In this document: one piece after another, positions 1 through 8,580 of the stretch
Layout of the letters: every line of letters begins with the position of its first letter
Numbering within the stretch: the stretch's first letter is position 1
UHGV virus genome: UHGV-0235457
Strand: one strand, 5' to 3'
Length of the DNA: 38,103 nt
From: a virus
Made by a program: the position numbers and the translations under genes
Notes under the pieces: generated by a model
Seen by the model: only the letters and a program-made list of their open reading frames with translations
What the model was told of the DNA's origin: nothing
Database searches by the model: none

Positions 1-46
1 CCTCGGCGTTCGCGCTGTGCGGGTTCAAGTCCCGCTCCGGGTACCA
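1..46 (+). tRNA. leuZ: 3' 46 nt of a tRNA-Leu gene (UAA-type); 5' part lies upstream of the window
   Basis: T-arm GCGGG/TTCAAGT/CCCGC, acceptor 3' strand TCCGGGT, discriminator A and CCA; matches my recollection of the E. coli leuZ 3' end. Confidence 0.7.
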
Positions 47-91
47 TGGGAAAGATAAGAATAAAATCAAAGCAATAAGCAGTGTCGTGAA

Positions 92-113
92 ACCACCTTC
101 GGGTGGTTTTTTT
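92..113 (+). terminator. Rho-independent terminator downstream of the tRNA
   Basis: ACCACC-TTCG-GGTGGT hairpin followed by a T7 run; second copy at 36952-36973. Confidence 0.6.
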
Positions 114-586
114 GTATTTGTATTTTGTTAAATGGCGGTAAAGTGGCGATGGTGTGGCGATATGCAGAAATAATGATAGTACACGTCTGTTTAAACTCTA
201 AGGGTGAAGCAAAACTCTCCTGCAACTCATCTGCATTTCGCATATTGAACTAGGGCCTTGGTTAAACCAAAGTTTTTTCTGGGATCTTCCCACTCAACTT
301 CATTTTTCCTCCTACCATCCACCAAAAGGTGTCTGCGCTACTCTATCTTTTTTAATCTGACAACATCCTGAGAAAAAGACAAATTCGTTAGATTTACTGT
401 CTTTCTGCTGCCTCGAATGCTGATGTCTGCAGCACTGATAATAACTCTATCTCTTTGATATAGATCTTTTTTTTGATGAATTGCACGGCATATTATCGTG
501 ATGGCACCTTCTTGTTAAAGGTGTTGTACTCCTCATCTCGATTTTATGATGTGGGCTATGATTGGTTAGTAATAGAGTGTATCGGT

Positions 587-868
587 ATGCGATGTGGTTT
601 ATTAATGGCAATCTGCCTTTGTTTGGTATCTTTTAGTGGGTATGCAGCAACAGGAAAGTCAGATGCTCAGATCAAGAAAGAAATAATTAAAGAATCCATT
701 GAATCTTATCCAGGCAATTGTGCGTGTCCGTATAATCATGCAAGGAATGGTAGTAGATGTGGTGGACGCAGTGCATATAGCCGTACTGGAGGGTATGACG
801 TGGTATGTTATGAAAGTGATGTTACCGATGAAATGATCCGGCAATGGAAGCAGGAGAATGCTGAGTAA
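587..868 (+). CDS. Small secreted Cys-containing protein of unknown function (cargo); start may be 473
   Basis: ORF 473-868; internal ATG at 587 gives MRCGLLMAICLCLVSFSGYAA signal-peptide-like N-terminus, 4 Cys in mature part; AT-rich surroundings. Confidence 0.45.
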   Translation: MRCGLLMAICLCLVSFSGYAATGKSDAQIKKEIIKESIESYPGNCACPYNHARNGSRCGGRSAYSRTGGYDVVCYESDVTDEMIRQWKQENAE

Positions 869-936
869 TCTCTTTTAACTGATTTGTTGTGCGAGCATTA
901 TGTGCAGTTAACGGCTCACTAGCTAGTGAGAGTTCC

Positions 937-969
937 AAAAAGAAACCCCGCAGTTTTTACGCTGCGGGG
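937..969 (-). terminator. Rho-independent terminator downstream of the hok-like gene
   Basis: CCCCGCAG / CTGCGGGG stem with 8-nt loop, followed on the minus strand by TTTCTTTTT. Confidence 0.45.
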
Positions 970-1057
970 GTGTCATTCATGCCTATGAGATAGGGTGCCT
1001 TATCGGCCTTACCCTAACAACCGATTGACGGGGAGTTGCCTCCCCGTCGCGGTTTCC

Positions 1058-1198
1058 TTACTGCTTACACTGTAAGAACGCCGCAAACTCCGCTCCCCAG
1101 AAGCTCATCCGTATTTCACACAGCGAACCGTGCAGCATCCAGATGATGAGGATTACCGTCACGCAGAACGTGATGGCCGTAAGCGATTTTTGCGACAT
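1058..1198 (-). CDS. Hok/Gef-family type I toxin, 46 aa (below the ORF-track length cut-off)
   Basis: Hand translation MSQKSLTAITFCVTVILIIWMLHGSLCEIRMSFWGAEFAAFLQCKQ: N-terminal TM helix, conserved SLCE and AAFL-C motifs as I recall them from HokA; AAGGAG 7 nt upstream of ATG. Confidence 0.6.
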   Translation of the reverse strand: MSQKSLTAITFCVTVILIIWMLHGSLCEIRMSFWGAEFAAFLQCKQ

Positions 1199-1387
1199 AG
1201 CGCTTGCTCCTTTGTTGGAGAGGCGCTAACCTATCACTTGCTAGGTTGACGGGTTAGGGCCTCGGTTAAACAGAAATGTTTTCCGGGGCCTTTCCACATC
1301 CGGTCTTCGGGTATTCCCTCCGACCATCAGCCGAAAGGCACCCGCACGTAATCTATCGCTTTTTTGTTACTCCGGCAATTCTGCCTG

Positions 1388-1648
1388 TTAATTCTGAGGT
1401 AAAGGCAAACTCATCTGATTGTTTCCCCTGTGTGAAGCTGGCAGCTCATGCCACGGGATACCTTCTGATGAGTGAACGCCGGAGGCGTGTTTCGATGTGA
1501 ATTTATGGAAAGCTTCCAGTGTTGAGAAGCATACGCCGCATTCTAGGTTGTTACACTGGTAATACTTTTGCCGCACGGTGTTTGAATCATTTTCCGGACG
1601 ACTGGTGCGGATACGGGCAGATGCGCCACAAAGCGGACAACGGAACAT
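1388..1648 (-). CDS. ogr: Ogr/Delta-family zinc-finger late transcription activator
   Basis: MFRCPLCGASARIRTSR...YYQCNNLEC resembles P2 Ogr as recalled; AAAGGAGG RBS; sits next to gene D as in P2. Confidence 0.85.
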   Translation of the reverse strand: MFRCPLCGASARIRTSRPENDSNTVRQKYYQCNNLECGVCFSTLEAFHKFTSKHASGVHSSEGIPWHELPASHRGNNQMSLPLPQN

Positions 1649-1690
1649 AGCGACCTCCTTTAACGTGGTGCTGCCGCTATTCTAAGTTGC

Positions 1691-2800
1691 TCACTCTGTT
1701 TCCGCTATCCATTCCGGGATTTTTGCCTCAAGCTCAAGCTGCGTGGTAAAGCCGCTGTTATCAATGGTGTGCTCGGCTTTTGCAATAATCCAGTCCTGAT
1801 TATCAATCTCGCTTTTAAATCCTGTTACCGTGCCATGCATTTCGGGGTAGAGTTCTGCTCGTCCACGTGCCAGCGTGATGGAGAATGATGCGGCTCCGCG
1901 TTGTAGTTGTTGCCACTTTGCCGCCGCTGCGCGTCTTGCTGCCTGCTCGTTCTGATAAGTCTTGCGTAACACAAACACATTGCCTTCCGCGCCTTCCATA
2001 TAATCACCTTCACGGCTGCTGCTTTTCTCTTTTTTCGGTTTTGGCGGTTTGCGGCGTTTCACGCTGACTTTTTTCTTTTTCCCGTAATTAAGATCAAGCC
2101 AGTAAGCGCGTACCCCCGTATACGCCTCGCGGTCAGCAATGCGGAACTGATGGCGATCGCCGCTACTGCGTGTGATGGCGAACGATGGCAACGGCTGGCC
2201 CTGTGCGTTCACGCCACCGCCGGGCATGATGAATAACAGATTACCGCTTTTTACCGTGGTGATTGCGCCCAGCATTTCCGCCATGCGCGTAAGGAAGGAC
2301 ATGTCACTTTCTTCGGTCTGGTCGGCGTGGTCGATTTCGATATCCATCAGCATTTCGCTGATTTGCGGTTTCAGACCGTACCGATGAGCGATGGCGGATA
2401 CCACACGCTCAACGGTCACATCATGCCAGGACACCTCACGTTTAACGTTAAATTCATCCCGAAAATCTGCGCTTCTGGCTGAAACAGTCAGCCTGTCCGG
2501 CGGTCCTTCGTGAGCGATTTCATCAACAATGTAAGTGCCTTTTTCTGTCAGCGGTTCTCCTTTCCAGCCAATGAGAACCGTCAGGCGCGCGCCCCGTGGC
2601 GGTAGCTGCAACTGACCATCCGCATCATCCAGCGTGATGGTGAGCTGGTCCGCCTCAAATCCCCGGTTGTCGGTCAGCGACAGGCTCATCAGGCGCTCTG
2701 CCACGCCGGACAGCGTTTTACCCTCCGCGAGAATATCAAAATCCGGCATTTTCACGGGGTCTGTGCCCTGACTGAGCAATTGCATGGTGGTGTCGGTCAT
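1691..2800 (-). CDS. Phage late control gene D tail protein (P2 gpD-like)
   Basis: ORF 1691-2932; N-terminal 44 codons are low-complexity, so start set at ATG 2800 preceded by GGGAGGG; C-terminal region resembles gpD family as recalled. Confidence 0.8.
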   Translation of the reverse strand: MTDTTMQLLSQGTDPVKMPDFDILAEGKTLSGVAERLMSLSLTDNRGFEADQLTITLDDADGQLQLPPRGARLTVLIGWKGEPLTEKGTYIVDEIAHEGPPDRLTVSARSADFRDEFNVKREVSWHDVTVERVVSAIAHRYGLKPQISEMLMDIEIDHADQTEESDMSFLTRMAEMLGAITTVKSGNLLFIMPGGGVNAQGQPLPSFAITRSSGDRHQFRIADREAYTGVRAYWLDLNYGKKKKVSVKRRKPPKPKKEKSSSREGDYMEGAEGNVFVLRKTYQNEQAARRAAAAKWQQLQRGAASFSITLARGRAELYPEMHGTVTGFKSEIDNQDWIIAKAEHTIDNSGFTTQLELEAKIPEWIAETE

Positions 2801-2957
2801 CTGTTCCCTCCCTGTGCGGCATGGTCGCATGTGCGTGCGGAGTGGGTTACTGCTTTTTGTTGTCGCCGTGGCGGGAGAATAGCGCAGGGGTGAGATTACG
2901 CGCGTGGTGGGTGATGATTGTTGCTGAATCATTTAACGGATACAAGGGGCTGAAGCT
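2801..2957. promoter_or_regulatory. Divergent intergenic region between D and the sheath gene; presumed late promoters
   Basis: 157 bp non-coding between divergent starts; no promoter elements identified with confidence. Confidence 0.3.
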
Positions 2958-4142
2958 ATGAGTGAAACTCGTTTTCATGGTGCCCGTGTTACGGAAAGTA
3001 CCGACCTGGTAACAGCGATTAATGATGTTGATTCCAGTGTTATCGGTATCGTGGCAACGGCGGATGATGCGGATGCGGAGCTGTTCCCGCTGAACAAGCC
3101 CACACTGCTGACCCGCGTCAATGACGTGCTGGGAAAATGCGGAACAACGGGGACGCTTTATCGTGCGCTTAAGGCCATCGCAGACCAGGTGAGCACAAAG
3201 GTGATCGTCGTTCGCGTGGCTGAACACAAAGAAGAAGACGGAAAAACGCAGGATCAACTGGTTATCGGTGGTTCTGAATCTGACGGCAGCTATACGGGGA
3301 TGTATGCGCTGCTTGTTGCAGAGCAGGATGAAAGCATCGGATACCGTCCGCGTATTCTGGCCGCGCCGGAGCTGGACACGGAGGCGGTAACAAAATCCCT
3401 GTGCGTGATTGCGGGTAAACTGCGCGCGTTTGTGTATGCCTCATGTCACGGCTGTAACACGATGGCTGAGGCGATGACCTACCGCCAGAAATTCAACGAA
3501 CGTGAGGTGATGCTCTTATGGCCGGACTTCATCGCCTACAACCCGAAAAGTGGCAAAAACGAAACGTTCCCCGCGCCTGCTTATGCGTGCGGCCTTCGTG
3601 CGTACATTGACCATGAGCAGGGATGGCACAAATCACTGTCCAACGTTCCGGTTAAAAATGTGCTGGGGATGTCGAGGCATGTGTTCTGGTCGTTGCAGGC
3701 CGAAGACAGTGATGCCAACAGCCTCAACAACAAAGAAATCACGACCATTATTCGTCGCAACGGGTTCCGCTTCTGGGGCAACCGCACACCGGAAACGAAC
3801 GCCTACATCTTTGAGGTGTACACCCGAACCGCACAGGTGCTGGCTGATTCAATTGCGGAAGCGCAGTTTGAAACCATCGACAGTCCACTGACGCCTGCGA
3901 ACGTGAAGGATGTTATCAGTGCCATCAGGGCAAAACTGGATTCACTGGTTACTGCCGGGAAACTGATTGGTGCGGAGTGCTGGTATGACGTGGTGGATAA
4001 CGGCACCACGAATTTACGTCAGGGGCGTGTGCGTATTCGCTACAAATATACGCCTGTTCCCCCGCTGGAAGACATGGAGCTTTACCAGTCGTTTACTGAT
4101 GAATTCTTTGGTCCCGCATTTGCGGTGCTGGGAGGTGCCTGA
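2958..4142 (+). CDS. Contractile tail sheath protein (P2 gpFI-like)
   Basis: 394 aa; DADAELFPLNKP and AIADQ motifs as recalled for P2 FI; AAGGGG RBS. Confidence 0.9.
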   Translation: MSETRFHGARVTESTDLVTAINDVDSSVIGIVATADDADAELFPLNKPTLLTRVNDVLGKCGTTGTLYRALKAIADQVSTKVIVVRVAEHKEEDGKTQDQLVIGGSESDGSYTGMYALLVAEQDESIGYRPRILAAPELDTEAVTKSLCVIAGKLRAFVYASCHGCNTMAEAMTYRQKFNEREVMLLWPDFIAYNPKSGKNETFPAPAYACGLRAYIDHEQGWHKSLSNVPVKNVLGMSRHVFWSLQAEDSDANSLNNKEITTIIRRNGFRFWGNRTPETNAYIFEVYTRTAQVLADSIAEAQFETIDSPLTPANVKDVISAIRAKLDSLVTAGKLIGAECWYDVVDNGTTNLRQGRVRIRYKYTPVPPLEDMELYQSFTDEFFGPAFAVLGGA

Positions 4143-4654
4143 TGGCTGTACCAAAACATCTTCGCTTTTTTACGCTGTTTGTGGATGGTGAAAACGAAGT
4201 GGGTAAAGTGACATCCGTCACGCCGCCCAAACTGACGCGCAAAACCGACAGCTATCGTGGTGGTGGCATGATGGGGGCAGTAAGTATTGATCTCGGTCTG
4301 GACGACTCCGCACTTGATGCGAGTTTTGTCATGGGGGGAGCTGTTCGTGCGCTGTTCCTTAAATATGGCGGCACGATTGACGGCACGCTGCTGCGTTTTG
4401 CGGGTGAATACTACACCGATGCAGAAAGCGATCTGTATGAAATCGAGATGCGCGGGCGTGTGACGGAAATTGATATGGGGGAAGCCAAACAGGGCGAAGC
4501 CACATCACACACTTACGCTGTCAAAAACACCTACTACAAGCTGAGCGTTAACGATCGCCCGCTGTGGGAAATCGACCTGTTGAACCACATCTACCGGAAG
4601 GACGGCAAGGACATTGTGCCTGACCGCATCCGTTCCGCGCTTGGGCTTGGCTGA
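4142..4654 (+). CDS. Tail tube protein (P2 gpFII-like)
   Basis: 170 aa; start overlaps sheath stop (TGATG); position after sheath. Confidence 0.85.
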   Translation: MAVPKHLRFFTLFVDGENEVGKVTSVTPPKLTRKTDSYRGGGMMGAVSIDLGLDDSALDASFVMGGAVRALFLKYGGTIDGTLLRFAGEYYTDAESDLYEIEMRGRVTEIDMGEAKQGEATSHTYAVKNTYYKLSVNDRPLWEIDLLNHIYRKDGKDIVPDRIRSALGLG

Positions 4655-4708
4655 TAAGTAATATGCAGGCGGCGCAGTGCGTTGCCTCTGACTGAAAGGA
4701 GTTTCCTG

Positions 4709-5074
4709 ATGAAAGAGACGAAAAACATCGATACCGAAAACACGGTAGTTGCTGACACTGTGAAAGAAACCAGTGAGCGTGGCGTAAAACTTACCCAACC
4801 AATTGAGCGAGGCGGCGAAAAAATCACGTATGTGGAGATCACCGGGGCTATTGAGCAGGCTGGATCTCTGCGAGATTTGTCGCTGTCTGATGTGCTGAAT
4901 CTGAAAGCGGAATCCATGTTTACGCTGCTGTCACGCGTGACATCACCGCGACTGGATGAAGTGACGATCAAAAAAATGGCATCCCGTGACTTTATTCAGT
5001 TATGTGTGGTTGCCGTAAATTTTTTGAGCGGTGCGGACTCTGGCGGGAAGAACGAACAGGCGACGGAAGCCTGA
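4709..5074 (+). CDS. Tail assembly chaperone (P2 gpE-like), zero-frame product
   Basis: ATG 4709 with AAAGGAG 8 nt upstream; lies between tube and tape-measure genes. Confidence 0.75.
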   Translation: MKETKNIDTENTVVADTVKETSERGVKLTQPIERGGEKITYVEITGAIEQAGSLRDLSLSDVLNLKAESMFTLLSRVTSPRLDEVTIKKMASRDFIQLCVVAVNFLSGADSGGKNEQATEA

Positions 5075-5238
5075 TCACGGTTGTGTGCTTTGAGTACATA
5101 GAAGACTTTGTGGCGGATATTGCCGCCATTTTTAACTGGTCGCCCGCCGAAATCTTCATGATGACGCCCGGCGAAGTGGTTAGCTGGCGTGAGCGGGCGG
5201 CACTTCGCAGCGGGAATGCAGACAATGAAGACTCTTGA
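4709..5238 (+). CDS. Tail assembly chaperone frameshift fusion product (gpE+E'-like); -1 shift at T_TTT_TTG 5020-5026
   Basis: Slippery heptamer in correct phase in the E frame; -1 frame stays open to 5238. Confidence 0.65.
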
Positions 5239-8032
5239 TATCCGGGTCGCTTTCAGCGCCGTTGACAGGCTGACCCGGCCTGCCGAAAACGCCCGCCGCC
5301 TGATGGGGCAGTTTGGTGACTCCATCCAGCGAACGCAGGGGGCGATCAAAAATCTCGAGCGTCAGGCGCGTTCATTTGAGCGCGCCCGCGACGCTGTCAG
5401 TAAAGCGGATGCGGGTATCGTGAAAGCACGACGCCAGCTTAACGCCCTTAATCAGTTACAACGCACGGGTACAGTGCTCAGCGAAAAACAACAAAAGCTG
5501 ATGCAGCAGTTAAGCACCCGGCTTGAACGCCTGAATGAATCGCGCACACGGGAAATTCAGAAAATGCGGGAACTTGGCGGAGAGCTGAAACGCCACGGCA
5601 TTTCCCTGACAGGCAGCGATAACACCATCCAGCAGGCCATCAGACGCACCGAACAGTACAACAACCAGCTTGAACGCGAACGGCAGGCGCTTGCGCGTGT
5701 AACGCGGGCGCGTGAGCGGTATTCGCGCGTGCAGGAAACAGCGGGAAAACTGAAAACAGGTGGTGCGCTGGCAATTGGTGCGGCAGCGGCTGGCGGCTAT
5801 GCTGCCGGGCGTTTTTTGCAGCCTGCGATCGGGTTCGGGAAAGAGATGTCCCGCGTTCAGGCACTGACGCGAATCGACAAAAACAGCCCGCAGTTTAAGG
5901 CGCTGCGTGAGCAGGCGTTAAAACTTGGCTCTGAAACGCAGTTCACCGCAGGCGATGCCGCCAGTGGGCAGGCATTTCTTGCAATGGCTGGCTTCACTCC
6001 GCAGGCCATTCAGGCTGCGCTTCCGGGCGTGCTGAGCATGGCAACGGCTGGCGGCATGGATCTCGGCGAGACGGCGGATATTGGCTCAAATATCCTGACG
6101 CAGTTCGGCCTTTCTGCTGACCAGATGGACCGGGTTGGCGACACGCTCACCGCAGCATTTACCCGTACCAACACTGACCTTCGCGCACTGGGCGAAACCA
6201 TGAAATATGCAGGTCCGGTGGCGGGTAAGCTGGGAATATCGCTGGAGCAGGCCGCAGCGATGGCGGGCGTGCTGGCGAATATGGGTATCAGGGGGAGTGA
6301 TGCCGGGACGGCAATGCGTGCCAGCCTGGCTCGTCTGGCATCACCGCCAAAGGCAGCAGCAGAGGCGCTGAAAGAGCTTGGTGTGGCAGTCTCTGACGCG
6401 AACGGCAAAATGCGCCCGATGGAGGATGTGCTGGCCGACCTTTATAAAGCCACCCGCAAATACGGGGAAGTTGACCGGGTATCGTTCTTTAAGGACATTG
6501 CCGGAGAAGAGGCTTTCACATCGTTTATGGCGCTCGTTGATGCAGCGGGTGACGGTTCCTTACCTAAACTGAGAAAAGAACTTGAAGGTGCGCGCGGTGA
6601 GGCTGAACGCACAGCAAAGGTTATGGCCAACAACCTTGACGGCGATCTGAAATCACTCGGCAGTGCATGGGAAGGGTTGCGCATCCGCATTGCAGATCTG
6701 ATTGACGGTCCGCTGCGTTCTGTCACGCAGTGGCTCACGCGGGTGGTATCAAGGGTGACGGCGCTGGCGCAGGCCCATCCAACACTGACGCGCCAGCTAC
6801 TGATAGCAGGCGGTGCGTTGCTGGCAATGACTGCAACGGTTGGCTCGTTGTCGCTGGCTATTGGTGTGCTTGCTGGCCCGCTGGCAAAACTGCGTCTTGG
6901 TTTTTCTCTCCTGACCGGATCAATGAATGCTGTCAGGGTCCTGCCAGCACTATGGGGAATGGTGACGGGTTCCGTTTCTTTGCTGGGAGGTGCTATCGGG
7001 GCGCTGTTCAGTCCGGTTGGTCTTATCGTGGCTGCGCTTGCCGGAGCTGCCGTTCTTATCTGGAAATACTGGGATCCCATCAGGGCATTTTTTGCCGGGG
7101 TGTTCAGTGGGATTATGGAGCGGCTGGCCCCGTTGCGTGAAACCTTTGAACGGTTTGGCCCTGTTTTTGACGCAATCGGAAGCGGGATCAGCCAGGTGTT
7201 TAACTGGTTTAAATCGCTGCTGTCACCGATGGAGTCCAGCAAGGAAACGTTGGATAAATGTACCAGTGCTGGCGAGATATTCGGTAACGTTCTTGGTGGC
7301 GCGTTACAGCTTGTTCTGACGCCTGCAAAAATGTTGCTGGATACGCTGGCGTGGATACTTGAAAAACTCGGTGTTCTTCCGGATGAAGCGGAAAGGGCGA
7401 GAAAGAAAATCGAAGACGCACAGCGTGCGGCCATTCTTCAGGACAAGGTTGCCTTGCTTCAGGGGGACCTGGCGAAAATCAATCCGCCGAAGCCTGTAGA
7501 AAATGGCAATGGCACCGGAGGTGATAACCCCAAAGACAATAAACCGCTCACAGACAGCAATACCGGTACGCTGCGCAGACTCAGCAAAATTGCTGATAAC
7601 ACAGGTAAGCTGGTTGAGGAGACGAAAAAACGCATTGGCCCCGGCGATATTGTCTTTAAAAACCTGCCCCGAGCACTTGCTGTTCGTGGGGAGTGGCAGG
7701 AGCGGAAGATTGCGCAGGTCAGTAAGCCTGCCCCCGCAATTAATATCACACCCGTGGTCCCGGCTCCGCTGCCTCCGGCGCTGGTCCCTGTTGTTGCGGC
7801 CAGCTCCCGTCCGGTGGCGGAGGCCATACGATCTCCAGTGGCATCAGTTCCTGTAACTTCCCGTAACCGGGAGCCTGTTGCCTCCGGATTTGGTGGTGAA
7901 ATTCATGTTCATCTGCATAACGTTGTTACGCAGAATCCCCGCGAACTGGCGAAACTGGTCGGTGAAATGGTCAGGGCAGAAATGGAACGGCGCGCCCGTG
8001 CCGGGCGTGGCAGTTTTTACGATAAAGATTGA
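5216..8032 (+). CDS. Tail tape measure protein (P2 gpT-like); start ambiguous (GTG 5189, ATG 5216 or 5225)
   Basis: 947-codon ORF, coiled-coil N-terminus, hydrophobic glycine-rich central segment; follows chaperone genes. Confidence 0.85.
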   Translation: MQTMKTLDIRVAFSAVDRLTRPAENARRLMGQFGDSIQRTQGAIKNLERQARSFERARDAVSKADAGIVKARRQLNALNQLQRTGTVLSEKQQKLMQQLSTRLERLNESRTREIQKMRELGGELKRHGISLTGSDNTIQQAIRRTEQYNNQLERERQALARVTRARERYSRVQETAGKLKTGGALAIGAAAAGGYAAGRFLQPAIGFGKEMSRVQALTRIDKNSPQFKALREQALKLGSETQFTAGDAASGQAFLAMAGFTPQAIQAALPGVLSMATAGGMDLGETADIGSNILTQFGLSADQMDRVGDTLTAAFTRTNTDLRALGETMKYAGPVAGKLGISLEQAAAMAGVLANMGIRGSDAGTAMRASLARLASPPKAAAEALKELGVAVSDANGKMRPMEDVLADLYKATRKYGEVDRVSFFKDIAGEEAFTSFMALVDAAGDGSLPKLRKELEGARGEAERTAKVMANNLDGDLKSLGSAWEGLRIRIADLIDGPLRSVTQWLTRVVSRVTALAQAHPTLTRQLLIAGGALLAMTATVGSLSLAIGVLAGPLAKLRLGFSLLTGSMNAVRVLPALWGMVTGSVSLLGGAIGALFSPVGLIVAALAGAAVLIWKYWDPIRAFFAGVFSGIMERLAPLRETFERFGPVFDAIGSGISQVFNWFKSLLSPMESSKETLDKCTSAGEIFGNVLGGALQLVLTPAKMLLDTLAWILEKLGVLPDEAERARKKIEDAQRAAILQDKVALLQGDLAKINPPKPVENGNGTGGDNPKDNKPLTDSNTGTLRRLSKIADNTGKLVEETKKRIGPGDIVFKNLPRALAVRGEWQERKIAQVSKPAPAINITPVVPAPLPPALVPVVAASSRPVAEAIRSPVASVPVTSRNREPVASGFGGEIHVHLHNVVTQNPRELAKLVGEMVRAEMERRARAGRGSFYDKD

Positions 8033-8038
8033 GGAGTC

Positions 8039-8533
8039 ATGGCCATGATGATGATCTACGGCATGTTTGTTTTTGAGCTGCGCACGCTGCCGCATCAGCA
8101 GTTACAGCAAAACAAAAGCTGGCGGCATGTGAAAAATGAACGCGTTAACCGTTCAGCAAGCTGGCAGTATATCGGTGCAGGTGATGATCGCATCGTTCTT
8201 TCTGGTGTGCTTTATCCTGAAATTACAGGTGGCGAAGTGTCGCTGTCGCTGCTGACCACGCAGGCGTATACAGGACGACCCTGGCCTCTGATTGATGGCG
8301 TCGGGCAGATTTACGGCATGTATGTCCTGACCGGAACGAATACGACCCGTTCCGAGTTTGATCGCTACGGTAAGGCGAAAAAGATAGAATTTTCACTGAC
8401 CCTTGAACGCTGTGATGAGGATTTGCGGGAGCGCCTGCAATCCTCATCGTTCAGCGATATGCTGTCCGGCTTCAAAGATAAGGTGACATCATCTCTTAAC
8501 AGCGCGGCCAGTTCAGTTAAAGGGCTGTTCTGA
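8039..8533 (+). CDS. Tail protein gpU-like
   Basis: 164 aa; MMMIYGMFVFELRTLP start resembles P2 U as recalled; follows tape measure. Confidence 0.8.
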   Translation: MAMMMIYGMFVFELRTLPHQQLQQNKSWRHVKNERVNRSASWQYIGAGDDRIVLSGVLYPEITGGEVSLSLLTTQAYTGRPWPLIDGVGQIYGMYVLTGTNTTRSEFDRYGKAKKIEFSLTLERCDEDLRERLQSSSFSDMLSGFKDKVTSSLNSAASSVKGLF

Positions 8534-8544
8534 TTTAACACAAA

Positions 8545-8580
8545 AACCGCTAATGGTCAGATTAGCGGTTATTTTGTTTT
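8545..8580. terminator. Bidirectional rho-independent terminator between convergent U and invertase genes
   Basis: ACCGCTAAT-GGTCAG-ATTAGCGGT hairpin; T-rich run on both sides; the plus-strand T-tract overlaps the last invertase codons. Confidence 0.55.

Larger units (their letters stand above)
1..119. repeat. Left att direct repeat of the prophage (tRNA 3' end plus 73 bp of downstream flank)
   Basis: Identical by eye to 36861-36979; diverges at position 120; left end truncated by the window edge. Confidence 0.85.

Noticed and set aside
1-119. Possibility that the terminal repeat is the 3' end of tmRNA (ssrA)
   Set aside because: The sequence matches the variable arm and T-arm of tRNA-Leu and ends in ACCA after a 7-bp acceptor strand; it does not match the tmRNA 3' end as I recall it
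120-300. Possible second hok-like coding sequence near the leader-like repeat
   Set aside because: Minus-strand translation of this stretch gives no Hok-like peptide (no SLCE-type motif)
1276-1500. 74-aa plus-strand ORF overlapping the hok leader and the ogr 3' end
   Set aside because: No RBS, overlaps ogr on the opposite strand, low-complexity product; the region is better explained as hok leader
6442-7434. 330-aa minus-strand ORF (and several other 100-140-aa ORFs) inside the tape-measure gene
   Set aside because: Antisense shadow ORFs in a GC-rich coding region; Ser/Ala/Pro/Arg-rich low-complexity translations; the tape-measure frame is far better supported
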